Made by a program: the position numbers and the translations under genes. From Bacilli bacterium (GTDB lineage: Bacteria; Bacillota_I; Bacilli_A; RF39; UBA660), in NCBI GenBank assembly GCA_045545595.1, contig JAZQBG010000045.1:594-64593 (forward strand): 64,000 bases of DNA, given 5' to 3'. Shown here one piece after another: positions 42,202 through 55,022 of the stretch; the first letter of the stretch is position 1; every line of letters starts with the position of its first letter. Below the pieces are notes generated by a model, which saw nothing but the letters and a program-made list of their open reading frames with translations, ran no database searches and had not been told where the DNA came from.

Positions 42202-42279
42202 ATGACAAAAAGAGAAATCTATTTGTACACAATAATTATCCTATTATTCTTTATTGTAATAACATTACTTTATAGATAA
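42202..42279 (+). CDS. 25-aa hydrophobic peptide (type I toxin-like small membrane protein), paralog of 18175..18258
   Basis: AAAGGTGGTGA SD then ATG. Sequence MTKREIYLYTIIILLFFIVITLLYR. Leader acatttgaaataag is homologous to locus 1. Followed by imperfect hairpin 42286-42317 and terminator 42329-42371. Confidence 0.4.
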   Translation: MTKREIYLYTIIILLFFIVITLLYR

Positions 42280-42328
42280 TAAAAACATCTGATTTCAACA
42301 ACTGTTGATTTCAGATGCAACCCAATGA

Positions 42329-42371
42329 GGGAATGCATTTGATTCTGGCAATCAAATGTACCCTTTTTTTT
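42329..42371 (+). terminator. rho-independent terminator of small-peptide locus 2
   Basis: gggaatgcatttgatt...aatcaaatgtaccc stem followed by T8. Confidence 0.5.
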
Positions 42372-42433
42372 ATTTTATGCAAGTTTCCTTGACATATTCA
42401 GTTTAACACATATTTAATTATAATTCAATTACT

Positions 42434-42934
42434 TTAGTTTAAATAGTAATCTTTTACTCCTTCAGTTGAGTAGTTATCACATTTTAAATAAGGAGTAAAT
42501 TCTATACTTTCTCCATTTTTCTTAGCTTCTACATAACCATTACAATTATCTTTTGACATTTCTGTTTTTAAATTAGAATCTACTTCTAAAAGATGTGGAT
42601 AATCAACAATTGTTAGATTATTACTTATGTTATTTTTATATGCTTCTGCAATATATTTAATTGCATCATTAGTTAATTTCGCTTCTAAATCTTTATAATT
42701 AATTGAATCCGTAGTACTACTTTCATTATTATTAGTATTTGTTGTTACCTCTTGAGTGGCGTTAACATCTGTTTTTTCTTCAACCTTAGCTTTTTGTTCA
42801 TTGACTTTTAAATTTTCTTTTAACCCGTTTGATAGTCTTATTATCATGACTGAAGAAAATAATAGACAAATTATGATAAGTGATACTATAAGCAAGAAAT
42901 CAGATAACCCCCAACCTCTATTATTTAATTTCAA
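42434..42934 (-). CDS. hypothetical membrane-anchored protein with degenerate pilin-like N-terminus, in the position normally held by ybxF/L7Ae between rpoC and rpsL
   Basis: N-terminus NNRGWGLSDFLLIVSLIIICLL resembles a class III prepilin signal (G-W-G-L-S-D) followed by a hydrophobic helix. S/T/N-rich middle. Confidence 0.4.
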   Translation of the reverse strand: MKLNNRGWGLSDFLLIVSLIIICLLFSSVMIIRLSNGLKENLKVNEQKAKVEEKTDVNATQEVTTNTNNNESSTTDSINYKDLEAKLTNDAIKYIAEAYKNNISNNLTIVDYPHLLEVDSNLKTEMSKDNCNGYVEAKKNGESIEFTPYLKCDNYSTEGVKDYYLN

Positions 42935-42989
42935 AAGAATCCCCTCTTTTCACGTGTCATATTATAATATATATTGTAAATTTTTACAA

Positions 42990-43024
42990 GTATTAAAAAA
43001 GAAAATGCATTATTCTGCATTTTC
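42990..43024 (-). terminator. rho-independent terminator overlapping rpoC stop
   Basis: gaaaatgca/tgcattttc 9-bp stem spanning the TAA stop. T-run follows on the minus strand. Confidence 0.6.
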
Positions 43025-46000
43025 TTCTGTTTCTATTTTAATTTCATCTTCTACAGTATCTGCAAGTAATTGTTCTTCTAATGCTTCAATAGGTTCATCA
43101 TCGTTATAATTAGTAGTTAATTCGAAGTCAACATTTGAATATTGTCTTGCCCCAGTACCAGCTGGTATTAATTTACCAATTATTACGTTTTCTTTTAGAC
43201 CTTGTAATGGGTCAATTTTTCCTCTAATAGATGCATCAGTAAGGATTCTTGTTGTTTCTTGGAATGAAGCTGCTGATAAGAATGAATCAGTTTCTAATGA
43301 AGCTTTAGTAATACCTAGTAAGATAGGTCTACCAGTAGCTGGTTTTTTACCTTGTAAGATTACATCTTTATTAGCTTCAGTAAATTCATTAATTGAGATT
43401 AATGATCCTGGTAAAATTTCTGTATCTCCACCTTCTGAAATTCTTATCTTAGAAATCATTCTCTTAGCGATAATTTCGATATGTTTATCACTGATATCAA
43501 CACCTTGAGAACGGTATACTTTTTGGATTTCTTTAAGTATATATTCTTGAACAGTTATAGGGTCTGTTACTGCAAGTAATTCTTTAGGGCTTATTGCACC
43601 TTCAGTTAATCTGTCTCCTGCAGAAACCACATCTCCTTTTGCTACACGAAGTTTAGCACCATATAATGTAACATGTTCTCTAGTTTCAACATCGTTTTTA
43701 ATATATACTTTCCATTTACCATTTGCTTCATCAATTTTAGTAATTTTACCATTGATTTCAGCAATAGTAGCTTTACCTTTTGGATTTCTAGCTTCAAATA
43801 ATTCTTGAACACGTGGAAGCCCTTGTGTAATATCGTCTCCGGCAACCCCACCTGTGTGGAATGTTCTCATGGTTAACTGTGTACCAGGTTCACCAATTGA
43901 TTGAGCAGCCATAATACCTACTGCTTCACCAGTTTCAACTATATTACCTGTTGCAAGGTTTTTACCATAACATTTTCTACAAACACCATGTTTTGTTTTA
44001 CATGTTAATAGTGTTCTTATTTCTACTGAAGTAATACCAGCTTTGATAATTTTATCAGCGATATTTTCAGTAATTAGTTCATTTTTATCGATAATCATTT
44101 CTTTAGTTTCAGGATGTAATACTTTTTTGTTTGTATATCTTCCTAAAATTCTATCATATAATGTTTCGATTACTGTATTAGATTTTTCATCAACAAATTC
44201 TTTAACTGTTTGACCTTGGATAGTTCCACAGTCATCTTCTTTAACAATTACATCTTGTGCAACGTCTACTAGACGACGAGTTAAGTAACCAGAGTCTGCT
44301 GTTTTAAGGGCAGTATCGGCACTACCTTTTCTCGCACCGTGTGTAGATAAGAAGAATTCTGATACTGATAATCCTTCTCTAAATGAAGATGTAACTGGGA
44401 TTTCAACAGGTTCACCATTTGGTTTTTGCATCAATCCACGCATACCAGCAAGTTGGGTAAAGTTTGAAATGTTACCTCTCGCTTTAGAGTTCATCATCAT
44501 GAAGATTGAGTTATCAACGTTTTTAGGGTCTTTAGCGATTTCTTCAAGTTCATCAGAAACCACTTTTTTAGCGTCATTCCATGTTTGAATTACTTTATTA
44601 AATCTTTCTGATTCAGTAATTAAACCTCTTTGGAATTGTTTGTTAATTTTCTTAACCATGTCATTACTTGATTTTAATACATCTTCTTTTTTGCTACTAG
44701 TAACAATATCTGTTACAGCAATTGATATACCAGCTTTAGTAGAATATTTAAATCCTAAATCTTTAAGTTTATCAAGCATTACTGATGTTTCAGTAGTTTT
44801 ATATCTTTTATAAACTTGTGCGATTATACTTTCTAAAGTTCCTTTAACGAATGGTTTTGTAATAGGCATATTTTTAATTTCTTCAGGAATGTTTTTACCT
44901 TTTTCAATAAAGAATTTGTTTGGAGTGAATGTTTCGATGTTTTTATCAGATGGTTCATTTATGAACGCAAATGAATCAGGTAATATTTCATTGAAGATTA
45001 ATTTACCTACTGTTGTTACTAAGTATTTTCCTTTTTGTGATTCAGTAAATACTTTATGTTTAAATGAATCAACAGGAATAGCTATACGTGTATGTAGAGT
45101 TAATTCTCTTCTTTCGTAAGCCATTAATGCTTCATTAGCATTTCTAAATACTCTACCTTCTCCTTCTAATCCAGGTTTTTCAATACTTAAGTAGTAGTTA
45201 CCTAAGATCATATCTTGTGAAGGTGTAACAATTGGTTTTCCATCCTTAGGGTTAAGGATGTTATTAGCACCAAGCATTAATAATCTTGCTTCAGCTTTAG
45301 CTTCTTCTGATAGTGGTACATGGACAGCCATTTGGTCACCATCGAAGTCAGCGTTGAATGCCGGAGTAACAAGTGGGTGAAGTCTTATAGCTTTTCCACC
45401 TATTAAAACTGGTTCGAATGCTTGAATACCAAGTCTATGTAGAGTTGGTGCACGGTTAAGTAATACTGGATGTTCTTTGATTACTTCTTCAACAATGTCC
45501 CATACTCTTTCGTCTTTGTTTTCAATTAATTTTTTAGCAGCTTTGATATTGCTTGCGATTTCTTTTTCTACTAAACCATGAATAACATGTGGTTTGAATA
45601 GTTCAAGAGCCATATCTTTAGGAATACCACATTGGTACATTTTTAAACTTGGTCCTACAACGATAACACTACGTCCTGAATAGTCAACACGTTTACCAAG
45701 TAGGTTTTGTCTAAATCTACCTTGTTTACCTTTAAGCATACTACTTAAAGATTTAAGTGGTCTATTTCCTGCACCTGTAACGTTTCTTCCACGTCTACCA
45801 TTATCGAATAATGCGTCAACTGCTTCTTGAAGCATACGTTTTTCATTTTGAATAATGATTGTTGGTGCGCCTAATTCTATTAATTTCTTTAAACGATTAT
45901 TTCTGTTGATAATACGTCTATATAAGTCGTTTAAGTCACTAGTTGCGAATCTTCCACCATCTAATTGAATCATTGGTCTTAATTCTGGTGGAATTACTGG

Positions 46001-46693
46001 TAATGCTTCAATAATCATCCATTCTGGTCTATTTCCAGATTGACTGAATGCATCTAACACATCTAATCTTTTGATTAAACGAGTTCTTTTTTGTCCTTGA
46101 GCATCTTGTAATTCTTTTCTTAATTCTTCTAGTTCTTTATCAACATCAACTTCTTGTAATAATTTTTTAATGGCTTCCGCACCCATTCCAACTTCGAATC
46201 CATCTCCATATTTTTCATAATATGCTCTGTATTCTTTGTCAGAAAGTGTTTGTTTCTTTTCTAATGGTGCGATACCTGGATTAATTACTACGTAAGAAAC
46301 GAAATATAATACTTCTTCTAGATCTCTTGGTGACATATCTAGAACTAATCCCATACGAGATGGAACTCCTTTAAAGTACCAAATATGTGATACTGGAGTA
46401 GCTAGTTCAATATGTCCCATTCTTTCACGTCTAACTTTAGAACGTGTAACTTCTACACCACAACGGTCACAGATTATATTTTTGTAACGTAATCTTTTGT
46501 ATTTTCCACAAGAACATTCGAAATCTCTTGTTGGTCCAAAGATTTTTTCACAGAATAATCCATCACGTTCTGGTTTTAAAGTTCTGTAGTTAATTGTTTC
46601 TGGTTTTTTGATTTCCCCATAAGACCATGATCTGATTTTTTCAGGAGATGCAAGGGAAATTTTTAATGCTTCAAAATTATTAACTTCTAACAT
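43010..46693 (-). CDS. rpoC: DNA-directed RNA polymerase subunit beta'
   Basis: 1227 aa with zinc-binding CxxC motifs and NADFDGD catalytic motif. Confidence 0.98.
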   Translation of the reverse strand: MLEVNNFEALKISLASPEKIRSWSYGEIKKPETINYRTLKPERDGLFCEKIFGPTRDFECSCGKYKRLRYKNIICDRCGVEVTRSKVRRERMGHIELATPVSHIWYFKGVPSRMGLVLDMSPRDLEEVLYFVSYVVINPGIAPLEKKQTLSDKEYRAYYEKYGDGFEVGMGAEAIKKLLQEVDVDKELEELRKELQDAQGQKRTRLIKRLDVLDAFSQSGNRPEWMIIEALPVIPPELRPMIQLDGGRFATSDLNDLYRRIINRNNRLKKLIELGAPTIIIQNEKRMLQEAVDALFDNGRRGRNVTGAGNRPLKSLSSMLKGKQGRFRQNLLGKRVDYSGRSVIVVGPSLKMYQCGIPKDMALELFKPHVIHGLVEKEIASNIKAAKKLIENKDERVWDIVEEVIKEHPVLLNRAPTLHRLGIQAFEPVLIGGKAIRLHPLVTPAFNADFDGDQMAVHVPLSEEAKAEARLLMLGANNILNPKDGKPIVTPSQDMILGNYYLSIEKPGLEGEGRVFRNANEALMAYERRELTLHTRIAIPVDSFKHKVFTESQKGKYLVTTVGKLIFNEILPDSFAFINEPSDKNIETFTPNKFFIEKGKNIPEEIKNMPITKPFVKGTLESIIAQVYKRYKTTETSVMLDKLKDLGFKYSTKAGISIAVTDIVTSSKKEDVLKSSNDMVKKINKQFQRGLITESERFNKVIQTWNDAKKVVSDELEEIAKDPKNVDNSIFMMMNSKARGNISNFTQLAGMRGLMQKPNGEPVEIPVTSSFREGLSVSEFFLSTHGARKGSADTALKTADSGYLTRRLVDVAQDVIVKEDDCGTIQGQTVKEFVDEKSNTVIETLYDRILGRYTNKKVLHPETKEMIIDKNELITENIADKIIKAGITSVEIRTLLTCKTKHGVCRKCYGKNLATGNIVETGEAVGIMAAQSIGEPGTQLTMRTFHTGGVAGDDITQGLPRVQELFEARNPKGKATIAEINGKITKIDEANGKWKVYIKNDVETREHVTLYGAKLRVAKGDVVSAGDRLTEGAISPKELLAVTDPITVQEYILKEIQKVYRSQGVDISDKHIEIIAKRMISKIRISEGGDTEILPGSLISINEFTEANKDVILQGKKPATGRPILLGITKASLETDSFLSAASFQETTRILTDASIRGKIDPLQGLKENVIIGKLIPAGTGARQYSNVDFELTTNYNDDEPIEALEEQLLADTVEDEIKIETEENAE

Positions 46694-49600
46694 TAAAAAT
46701 CACTCCCTTCTTCTTCTAACATAGATTCATCGAATTCTTCGTCATCGATGTCTCCATCATCATAATCATCTTCTAATGTGTCTTCTAAATCATCAACACT
46801 ATTATCTTTATCCTTTTTGTTTTCAATTGCTAATTTGTCTATTAAAGCTAATTTTTCTCTTAAATCACTATCTTCAAGTTCCTCAATAGACATATTATCT
46901 TCTTTTTCTTCCATTTCTTCTAAGTCTTTTAATTCTAATTCTTCGTTATCTTTATTGATAATTGAAATATCTAAACCTAGAGCTTGGAATTCTTTAATTA
47001 ATACTCTGAATGATTCTGGTACTCCTGCTTGGTCAACTGGTTTACCTTTTACGATTGCTTCATATACTTTAACACGTCCTACTACGTCGTCTGATTTAAC
47101 TGTAATAAGTTCTTGTAATGTATGTGCAGCACCATAAGCATAAAGTGCCCAAACTTCCATTTCCCCGAATCTTTGTCCACCGAATTGTGCTTTACCACCT
47201 AGTGGTTGTTGAGTAACTAATGAGTAAGGTCCAGTAGAACGTCCATGTAACTTATCATCAACCATGTGAGCAAGTTTAATCATGTACATTACACCAACGC
47301 TAATTCTATTATCGAATGGTTCACCTGTTCTACCATCATATAATACTGTTTTATAGTCATCATCAATCCCAGCTTCTTTCATCATTTCATCGATGTCTGA
47401 AGTTTTTGCTCCATCGAATACTGGAGTTGCTACATAACAATCAAGTTTTTTAGCAGCCATTCCTAAGTGTAATTCTAGGATTTGTCCAATGTTCATACGT
47501 GATGGAACCCCTTGTGGGTTAAGCATAATATCTACTGGTGTACCATCTGGTAAGTATGGCATGTCTTCTGATGGTAATATTAGAGAGATAACCCCTTTGT
47601 TACCATGACGTCCAGCCATTTTATCCCCAACTTGGATTTTACGTTTTTGAGCAATATATACTCTAACTACTTTACTTACACCAGCTGGTAATTCATCGTT
47701 GTCTTTTCTTGTATATACTTTAATATCGTGAACGATACCATCTCCACCATGTGGTACACGTAAAGATGTATCTCTAACTTCTCTTGTTTTTTCTCCGAAT
47801 ATTGCATGTAATAGTTTTTCTTCAGATGTTAATTCAGCCATACCTTTAGGTGTTACTTTACCAACTAAGATATCTCCTTCTTTAACTTCTGTACCTATTT
47901 TAACAATACCATCTGAATCTAGATTTTTTCTAGCATCTTCACCAACATTAGGAATATCTCTTGTGATTTCTTCTGGTCCTAATTTGGTTTCTCTACATTG
48001 AATTTCATAGTCTTCAATATGAATTGATGTATAAACATCATCTTTAACTAATCTTTCATTCATGATTACAGCATCTTCATAGTTATATCCATTAAATGTC
48101 ATGAACGCTACAACTACGTTTTTACCAAGTGCTAGTTCTCCACAGTTTGTACTTGGTCCATCTGCTATAGTCATTCCACGCGTAACTTTTTCACCTACAC
48201 TAACAAATGGTCTTTGATGGTAACATGTACCTTGGTTAGATCCTTCAAATGTTGATAAATAGTAAGTGTCTTTTCCACCTTTATTTTTAACAACAATTTT
48301 GTTAGCATCTACGTATTCAACAATACCATCTGCTTTTGCTACTACAACTGCTCCTGAGTCTCTTGCAGCAATATATTCAACACCAGTACCTACTCTTGGT
48401 GCTTCTGTTTTAATTAGTGGAACTGCTTGACGTTGCATGTTGGCACCCATTAGTGCACGAGTAGCATCATCGTGTTCTAGGAATGGGATACAACTTGTTG
48501 TAACTGATACAACTTGTTGTGGTGAAACGTCGATATAGTCGATTTGATCTTTATTAACTAAAACGTTTTCTCCTCTATAACGAGCAGTTAAGTTTTTATC
48601 TAATAGATTTCCATCTTCGTCAATATTAATTGTTGCTTGAGATATATAGAAATCTTTTTCTTCATCTGCAGTTAAGTAGTCTACTTGGTCTACTAATTTT
48701 GCATTTTCAACTTTTCTATATGGAGTCATAATAAATCCATAATCATTGATTTTTGCATAACTTGCAAGTGAAGTTATAAGCCCAATGTTTTGTCCTTCTG
48801 GTGATTCGATCGGACAAATTCTACCATAGTGACTTTCGTTAACGTCACGTACTTCCATACCAGCTCTATCTCTTGATAAACCACCTGGTCCTAATGCAGA
48901 TAAACGTCTTTTGTTAGTTAATTCTGCGATTGGGTTTTGTTGGTCCATGAATTGAGATAATTGGCTACTACCGAAGAATTCTTTGATAGCTGCAGTTACT
49001 GGTCTAATGTTAATTAATGTTTTAGGTGTAACTGTATCCATTTCTTGAGTTGTCATTCTTTCTCTGATAACTCTTTCCATACGTGCAACACCGATTCTGA
49101 ATTGGTTTTGTAATAATTCACCAACTTGTCTTACACGACGGTTTCCTAAATGGTCGATTTCATCAGTAAATCCTACACCATCTAAAAGGTTTAGATAGTA
49201 TGAAGTTGCTGCATAGAAATCTGAAATAGTTAATCTCTTAATTGTTAAAGTTTGGTCATTACCTAAAATAGAAACAATTTTTTCTTTATCAATTGGAGAA
49301 TAAATTTTAACTTCTTGAATTGTTCCATGTTGGTCTAATTCTTCGTTAATTAATACTTCGCGAGTATTATAACCAGCTTGGAATATTGGTTTAATTTCTT
49401 CTAATATTTCTTTTGTAATTAAAGTTCCTTTTTCTACTTTAACTTCACCATCAACTATTATGTCTTCAGCAATAACATTGTTGATTAATCTGTCACAAAC
49501 ATCTAATTTACGATTAAATTTGTAACGTCCAACTTTTGCTAAATCATAACGGAATTCATCAAAGAATCTAGTGATTAATTGGTTTTTAGAACTATCTAAT

Positions 49601-50340
49601 GTTGCAGGTTCTCCTGGTCTTAGTTTTTCATAAATTTCAATTAATGCTTCATCTGTATTCTTTGTAGAATCTTTAGCTAAAGTATTTAAAATGTATGGAT
49701 TTTCTCCAAATACTTTTGTGATTTCTTCTGATGTAGATAATCCAAAAGCACGTAATAATGTAGTTAACGGAACTTTTCTTGTTCTATCAATTCTTACATA
49801 TATTACATCTCTTGCATCTAATTCAAATTCTAACCATGTACCACGTGTTGGAATGATTTGAGATGCGAATACGCTTCTACCATTTTTGTCTATTGTTTTA
49901 GAAAAATAAACACTTGGAGAACGTACTAATTGTGATACGATAACTCTTTCCGCACCATTTATAATGAATGTACCACTATCAGTCATAACAGGCATGTCCC
50001 CAAGGAAGATTTCTTGTTCCTTAACTTCTCCTGTTTCATGGTTGAAAAGGCGTGCTTGTACCTTTAAAGGTGCTGCATATGTAGTTTCTCTATATTTTGC
50101 TTCTTTTATAGAGTATCTTGGTTCATCAAAAGAATAGTCTGTAAATTCTAATGATAAGTCACCTGAAAAGCTTTCAACTGGAAATAAATCGTTGAAAACT
50201 TCAGAAATCCCATCAGTTATAAACCATTGATAGGACTTTTTTTGGATTTCTAATAAATCCTGAAGCTCATAGGTGTTTTTAATTCTCGAAAAATTTCTTC
50301 TTTCTCTTTTACTGTTGATCTTTTTAATTTTATATGCCAC
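46693..50340 (-). CDS. rpoB: DNA-directed RNA polymerase subunit beta
   Basis: 1215 aa with conserved beta subunit blocks. Unusually long D/E-rich C-terminal extension. Confidence 0.98.
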   Translation of the reverse strand: MAYKIKKINSKRERRNFSRIKNTYELQDLLEIQKKSYQWFITDGISEVFNDLFPVESFSGDLSLEFTDYSFDEPRYSIKEAKYRETTYAAPLKVQARLFNHETGEVKEQEIFLGDMPVMTDSGTFIINGAERVIVSQLVRSPSVYFSKTIDKNGRSVFASQIIPTRGTWLEFELDARDVIYVRIDRTRKVPLTTLLRAFGLSTSEEITKVFGENPYILNTLAKDSTKNTDEALIEIYEKLRPGEPATLDSSKNQLITRFFDEFRYDLAKVGRYKFNRKLDVCDRLINNVIAEDIIVDGEVKVEKGTLITKEILEEIKPIFQAGYNTREVLINEELDQHGTIQEVKIYSPIDKEKIVSILGNDQTLTIKRLTISDFYAATSYYLNLLDGVGFTDEIDHLGNRRVRQVGELLQNQFRIGVARMERVIRERMTTQEMDTVTPKTLINIRPVTAAIKEFFGSSQLSQFMDQQNPIAELTNKRRLSALGPGGLSRDRAGMEVRDVNESHYGRICPIESPEGQNIGLITSLASYAKINDYGFIMTPYRKVENAKLVDQVDYLTADEEKDFYISQATINIDEDGNLLDKNLTARYRGENVLVNKDQIDYIDVSPQQVVSVTTSCIPFLEHDDATRALMGANMQRQAVPLIKTEAPRVGTGVEYIAARDSGAVVVAKADGIVEYVDANKIVVKNKGGKDTYYLSTFEGSNQGTCYHQRPFVSVGEKVTRGMTIADGPSTNCGELALGKNVVVAFMTFNGYNYEDAVIMNERLVKDDVYTSIHIEDYEIQCRETKLGPEEITRDIPNVGEDARKNLDSDGIVKIGTEVKEGDILVGKVTPKGMAELTSEEKLLHAIFGEKTREVRDTSLRVPHGGDGIVHDIKVYTRKDNDELPAGVSKVVRVYIAQKRKIQVGDKMAGRHGNKGVISLILPSEDMPYLPDGTPVDIMLNPQGVPSRMNIGQILELHLGMAAKKLDCYVATPVFDGAKTSDIDEMMKEAGIDDDYKTVLYDGRTGEPFDNRISVGVMYMIKLAHMVDDKLHGRSTGPYSLVTQQPLGGKAQFGGQRFGEMEVWALYAYGAAHTLQELITVKSDDVVGRVKVYEAIVKGKPVDQAGVPESFRVLIKEFQALGLDISIINKDNEELELKDLEEMEEKEDNMSIEELEDSDLREKLALIDKLAIENKKDKDNSVDDLEDTLEDDYDDGDIDDEEFDESMLEEEGSDF

Positions 50341-50450
50341 TTATTTCACCCCTATAACTAAACATATTATTAAATTATTCAAAGAACATAAACTTGTATA
50401 AAAAAGAATATGCCGCCAATTTATAATGTTATCAGACAAAGTTCAAATTG

Positions 50451-51041
50451 TCAATTGTTTTTGGCTTTTATTACAAAAAAGTTTTTACTTTTGTTTATTA
50501 CTTCAACATTATATATATCGCTAATGTCTTTTGCTGTCGTTTTAGCGCCTTGGTGTTTATTTATTACAAATATCAACTCACCATTTGGTTTTAAATGTTT
50601 TTTTGCATCTCTTAATATTTTATAAAGTATTTCTTTACCAACCCTTATAGGTGGATTAGTAATTATATAGTCATATTCTTTTTTTACATTTTCATAGCAA
50701 TCACTTTCAAAAACATTAATATTTGATACTTTATTTAATTCTATATTTTTCTTTGTTAATGCGACCGCTCTATCATTGATATCTATCATATCAATATTTG
50801 AGTTTGTATTTTTTGATAATATGATACCTATTGGTCCATATCCACAACCGAAATCTAAAACTTCCCCTTTTATTGAATTGAAATCTAAAGACTCTAATAA
50901 CACCTTTGTTCCAATATCAAACCCGTCTTTAGAAAATACTCCATTATCTGTATAAAATTTATATTGTTTATTTTTGAATTCAAATTCTATTAGTTTTTCA
51001 TTGCTTTTTATTGTACTGTTTTTTGTAAAATAATGATTCAT
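50451..51041 (-). CDS. class I SAM-dependent methyltransferase (RsmC/YbxB-like)
   Basis: SAM motif VLDFGCGYGPIG and substrate motif ITNPPIRVG. Position between rplL and rpoB matches B. subtilis ybxB. Confidence 0.75.
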   Translation of the reverse strand: MNHYFTKNSTIKSNEKLIEFEFKNKQYKFYTDNGVFSKDGFDIGTKVLLESLDFNSIKGEVLDFGCGYGPIGIILSKNTNSNIDMIDINDRAVALTKKNIELNKVSNINVFESDCYENVKKEYDYIITNPPIRVGKEILYKILRDAKKHLKPNGELIFVINKHQGAKTTAKDISDIYNVEVINKSKNFFVIKAKNN

Positions 51042-51110
51042 TTAAATCCCCTTTATAAAACGACTATAAGCCCGTGTTAAAAACACGAGCTTAAATCTTT
51101 ATTTTTTTAA

Positions 51111-51479
51111 TTATTTAAATTCTACTGTTGCGCCAGCTTCTTCTAATTTAGCTTTGATTTCATTAGCTTCATCCATAGATGCGTTTTCTTTAACATTACC
51201 ACCATTGTCAGCGATATCTTTAGCTTCTTTTAATCCTAAACCAGTGATATCTCTAATTACTTTGATAACAGCGATTTTGTTAGCTCCACAGTTAGTTAAT
51301 ACTACTGTTGCAGATGATGGACCTTCTTCTGCTGCTCCACCAGCAACTGGTGCTGCAACTGCTACTGCAGATGGATCTACACCAAATTCTTCTTTCATTG
51401 CATCTACTAATTCTTTAATTTCTAATAATGTCATTTCTTTTAATGAAGCGATAAATTCATCTCTTGTTAATTTTGCCAT
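51111..51479 (-). CDS. rplL: 50S ribosomal protein L7/L12
   Basis: 122 aa with Ala/Gly-rich hinge. C-terminal domain ends VEFK. Confidence 0.95.
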   Translation of the reverse strand: MAKLTRDEFIASLKEMTLLEIKELVDAMKEEFGVDPSAVAVAAPVAGGAAEEGPSSATVVLTNCGANKIAVIKVIRDITGLGLKEAKDIADNGGNVKENASMDEANEIKAKLEEAGATVEFK

Positions 51480-51510
51480 TTTTATTTTCCTCCCTTATTT
51501 TAATTATTAA

Positions 51511-52011
51511 TTATTGTTCATTACCTTCTAGTTGTTGACTATATAAGTCTAAACAAATTGATAAATCTTTTGCGATTCCAATTAAACCGCCAGCAAGCAT
51601 TGTAAGTAATCCTTCTCTTGATGGGATTGTTGCAAGCTTATTAAGCATATCGATATCAGCGATTTCACCATCGATAATTCCAACTTTAAGTTGTAATGCT
51701 TCGTTTTCTTTAGCGAAGTCTGCTAATACTTTTACTGGTGCTACTGCATCAGTACCAAAAGCCATAGCTTTAGGACCAATTAATTGGTCATCAATTGAAA
51801 TATTAAGTGTATTTAATGCTCTTCTTGTTAAAGTGTTTTTATAAACTTTTAAATCAGAACCAGCATCTTTTAATTTTCTTCTTAAAGAAGTCATTGCTTC
51901 AACACTTAATCCTCTGTAATCAAAGAATACTACTGCACTTGAATTTTTAATACTTTCTTCTATTTCATTAATAGTTTGTTGTTTTTGTTCAAGTATTTTA
52001 GCACTTGCCAT
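51511..52011 (-). CDS. rplJ: 50S ribosomal protein L10
   Basis: 166 aa. Immediately upstream of rplL. Confidence 0.95.
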   Translation of the reverse strand: MASAKILEQKQQTINEIEESIKNSSAVVFFDYRGLSVEAMTSLRRKLKDAGSDLKVYKNTLTRRALNTLNISIDDQLIGPKAMAFGTDAVAPVKVLADFAKENEALQLKVGIIDGEIADIDMLNKLATIPSREGLLTMLAGGLIGIAKDLSICLDLYSQQLEGNEQ

Positions 52012-52178
52012 ACTACACCTCCTCTATTTATAAAATACCGTATTAAAAAACCTTTATATGCGTAGACATACAAAGGTTTTAAAGACTTTATCTTTAAGTT
52101 CCTCGGTAGGATTATTAAGCATTAGCCCCTACTGTCTACGGTACTTCGTTCACGTTGTTTATTATAATATATTTTTTA
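52012..52178 (-). promoter_or_regulatory. putative L10 (rplJ) leader autoregulatory RNA region
   Basis: About 165-nt structured, comparatively GC-richer untranslated spacer between rplA and rplJ, as in Firmicutes L10 leaders. Assigned by position only. Confidence 0.4.
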
Positions 52179-52877
52179 TTATTTGTCAAAGGAATTTGAA
52201 TCAACTTTAATTCCAGGACCCATTGTTGTAGAAACTGAAATATTTTTAACGTAAGTTCCTTTAACTACTGATGGTTTTGATTTGATAATTACATCAACGA
52301 AAGCTTTTAAGTTTTCTAGTAATTTATCATCATCAAATGAAACTTTACCAATGATACCATGTACATTACCATAACTATCTGTACGATATTCAACTCTACC
52401 TTTTTTAACATCATCGATTGCTTTTTTAACATCAGTTGTAACTGTTCCAGTTTTAGGGTTTGGCATTAATCCTTTAGGCCCTAATACTTTACCTAATTTA
52501 CCAAGGTGAGCCATCATATCAGGAGTTGCGATAATAACATCGAAATCAAACCAGTTTTCTTTTTCAATTTTTTCTAACATATCAGTATCACCAACATAGT
52601 CAGCACCAGCTTCAACAGCTACTTTTGCTTGATCTCCTTTAGTAAGTACTAATACTTTTTTACTTTTACCTGTTCCATTAGGTAGTACAACTGCACCACG
52701 TAATTGTTGATCAGATTTTTTAGTATCTAGGTTTAATCTCATTGCTACTTCAACAGAAGCGTCAAATTTAGATGTGCTAGTTTCTTTAGCTAACTTAACT
52801 GCTTCTTCTGCTGAGTATAGTTTACTTTTTTCAATTTTACTAACAGCGTCTTTATATTTTTTGCTTAGTTTTTTCAT
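52179..52877 (-). CDS. rplA: 50S ribosomal protein L1
   Basis: 232 aa with L1 motifs. Confidence 0.95.
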   Translation of the reverse strand: MKKLSKKYKDAVSKIEKSKLYSAEEAVKLAKETSTSKFDASVEVAMRLNLDTKKSDQQLRGAVVLPNGTGKSKKVLVLTKGDQAKVAVEAGADYVGDTDMLEKIEKENWFDFDVIIATPDMMAHLGKLGKVLGPKGLMPNPKTGTVTTDVKKAIDDVKKGRVEYRTDSYGNVHGIIGKVSFDDDKLLENLKAFVDVIIKSKPSVVKGTYVKNISVSTTMGPGIKVDSNSFDK

Positions 52878-52969
52878 TTCTATACCTCCTTATGTGGTAA
52901 CAAGCGGACTTTTCCTCCCACATAGGTAAATACCTATATGATTAATTTTTATTTTGTGTTTCGTTTTTA

Positions 52970-53413
52970 TTAATTTTCTTCGTTGTTGTATCCTTCAACT
53001 ACAACACCCATGTTACGAGCTGTACCTTCAACTATTTTCATTGCTTCTTCTACAGTATATGCATTTAAGTCTGGTAATTTTGTTTCAGCAATTTGTCTTA
53101 ATTGATCTTTAGTAATTGTTGCAACTGTTTCACTAGATCCCTTAGCAGACCCTTTTTGAATTCCAGCTGTCTTTTTAATTAAGAATGCAGCAGGTGGAGT
53201 TTTTAATACGAAATCAAATGTACGGTCATCGTAAATTGTGATTTCTACTGGAAGAACATCTCCCATTTTATCTCTACTTGCATCATTGAATTTAGTACAA
53301 AATTCTTGTAAGTTAATTCCTGCTGGTCCTAACACTGTTCCTACTGGTGGAGCTGGTGTTGCTTTACCTGCTGGAATTTGTAATTTAATTTTCTTAGCGA
53401 TTTGTTTTGCCAC
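52970..53413 (-). CDS. rplK: 50S ribosomal protein L11
   Basis: [32 protein letters not shown] start at 53413 with GGAAGGAGAG SD. The ORF track's start at 53422 is too close to the SD. Confidence 0.9.
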   Translation of the reverse strand: MAKQIAKKIKLQIPAGKATPAPPVGTVLGPAGINLQEFCTKFNDASRDKMGDVLPVEITIYDDRTFDFVLKTPPAAFLIKKTAGIQKGSAKGSSETVATITKDQLRQIAETKLPDLNAYTVEEAMKIVEGTARNMGVVVEGYNNEEN

Positions 53414-53547
53414 GAAAAACACTCTCCTTCCTTTTTTCGTTGTGGTTCTAATAGCTTAAATCCGCGCCTCCCACTTGTCAATCTATATAAATAATATATA
53501 GCTGCGTTTAAAATAATAACACAATTTATTTAATATTTCAATAATTT

Positions 53548-54081
53548 TTATGCTTTTTCTATTTGTACTAATTCTACATCTACTGGTGTTTCTTGACCGA
53601 ATAGATCGATTAGTACTGTTAATTTTTGGTTTTCTAAATCTAATGCTTCAACTTTACCGTACATTCCTTTGAATGGACCTTCAATAATTTTAACTTTGTC
53701 ATCAACATTTAATTCATTACCAATTTCAAGTCTACTAAGTCCCATACTGTTTAGAACTTTGTCAACTTCATGTGGCATAAGTGGCGTTGGTTTTGCCCCT
53801 TTACCAGATGAACCAATAAACCCTGTAACCCCAGGTGTGTTTCTTACTATATACCATGCTTCATCTGACATATCCATTTCAACAAGAATATATCCTGGAA
53901 ACATTTTTTTAGTTTTTTCTTTTTTTACCCCATCTTTTACTTCAATCTCTTTTTGTTCTGGTACTACAACCCTAAATATATGTTGTTGCATATCCATCGA
54001 ATTAATACGCATGTCTAATTTTTCTTTTACCTTATTTTCATGACCCGAATAAGTATTAACTACATACCATTGTTTATCCAT
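53548..54081 (-). CDS. nusG: transcription termination/antitermination factor NusG
   Basis: NGN domain WYVVNTYSGHENKV and C-terminal KOW domain. Confidence 0.95.
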   Translation of the reverse strand: MDKQWYVVNTYSGHENKVKEKLDMRINSMDMQQHIFRVVVPEQKEIEVKDGVKKEKTKKMFPGYILVEMDMSDEAWYIVRNTPGVTGFIGSSGKGAKPTPLMPHEVDKVLNSMGLSRLEIGNELNVDDKVKIIEGPFKGMYGKVEALDLENQKLTVLIDLFGQETPVDVELVQIEKA

Positions 54082-54095
54082 TAGTATTCCTCCTA

Positions 54096-54272
54096 CTAAA
54101 ATAATTCCATTAATACTGCTGCTATTGTATCAAATAAATAAAAGAATGCCGAGAAAAATAAGATAAATACGATTGTTGCGATTGAATATTTAACCATTTC
54201 TTTCTTGTTTGGCCAACGAACACGTGAGATTTCTTTTTTTACACCTTTGAAAAATTTGATAATCTTTTTCAT
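54096..54272 (-). CDS. secE: preprotein translocase subunit SecE
   Basis: KGVKKEISRVRWPNKKE plus a single TM helix. Likely start at internal ATG 54272. Confidence 0.8.
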   Translation of the reverse strand: MKKIIKFFKGVKKEISRVRWPNKKEMVKYSIATIVFILFFSAFFYLFDTIAAVLMELF

Positions 54273-54357
54273 TTCACACCTCATTTTTAATCAAAATAAA
54301 AAACACTTCGTTGTGTTTACACCTATAAATTAACACAACTACAAATAAAAGTCAATT

Positions 54358-55013
<656 letters not shown>

Positions 55014-55022
55014 AGTATATCA

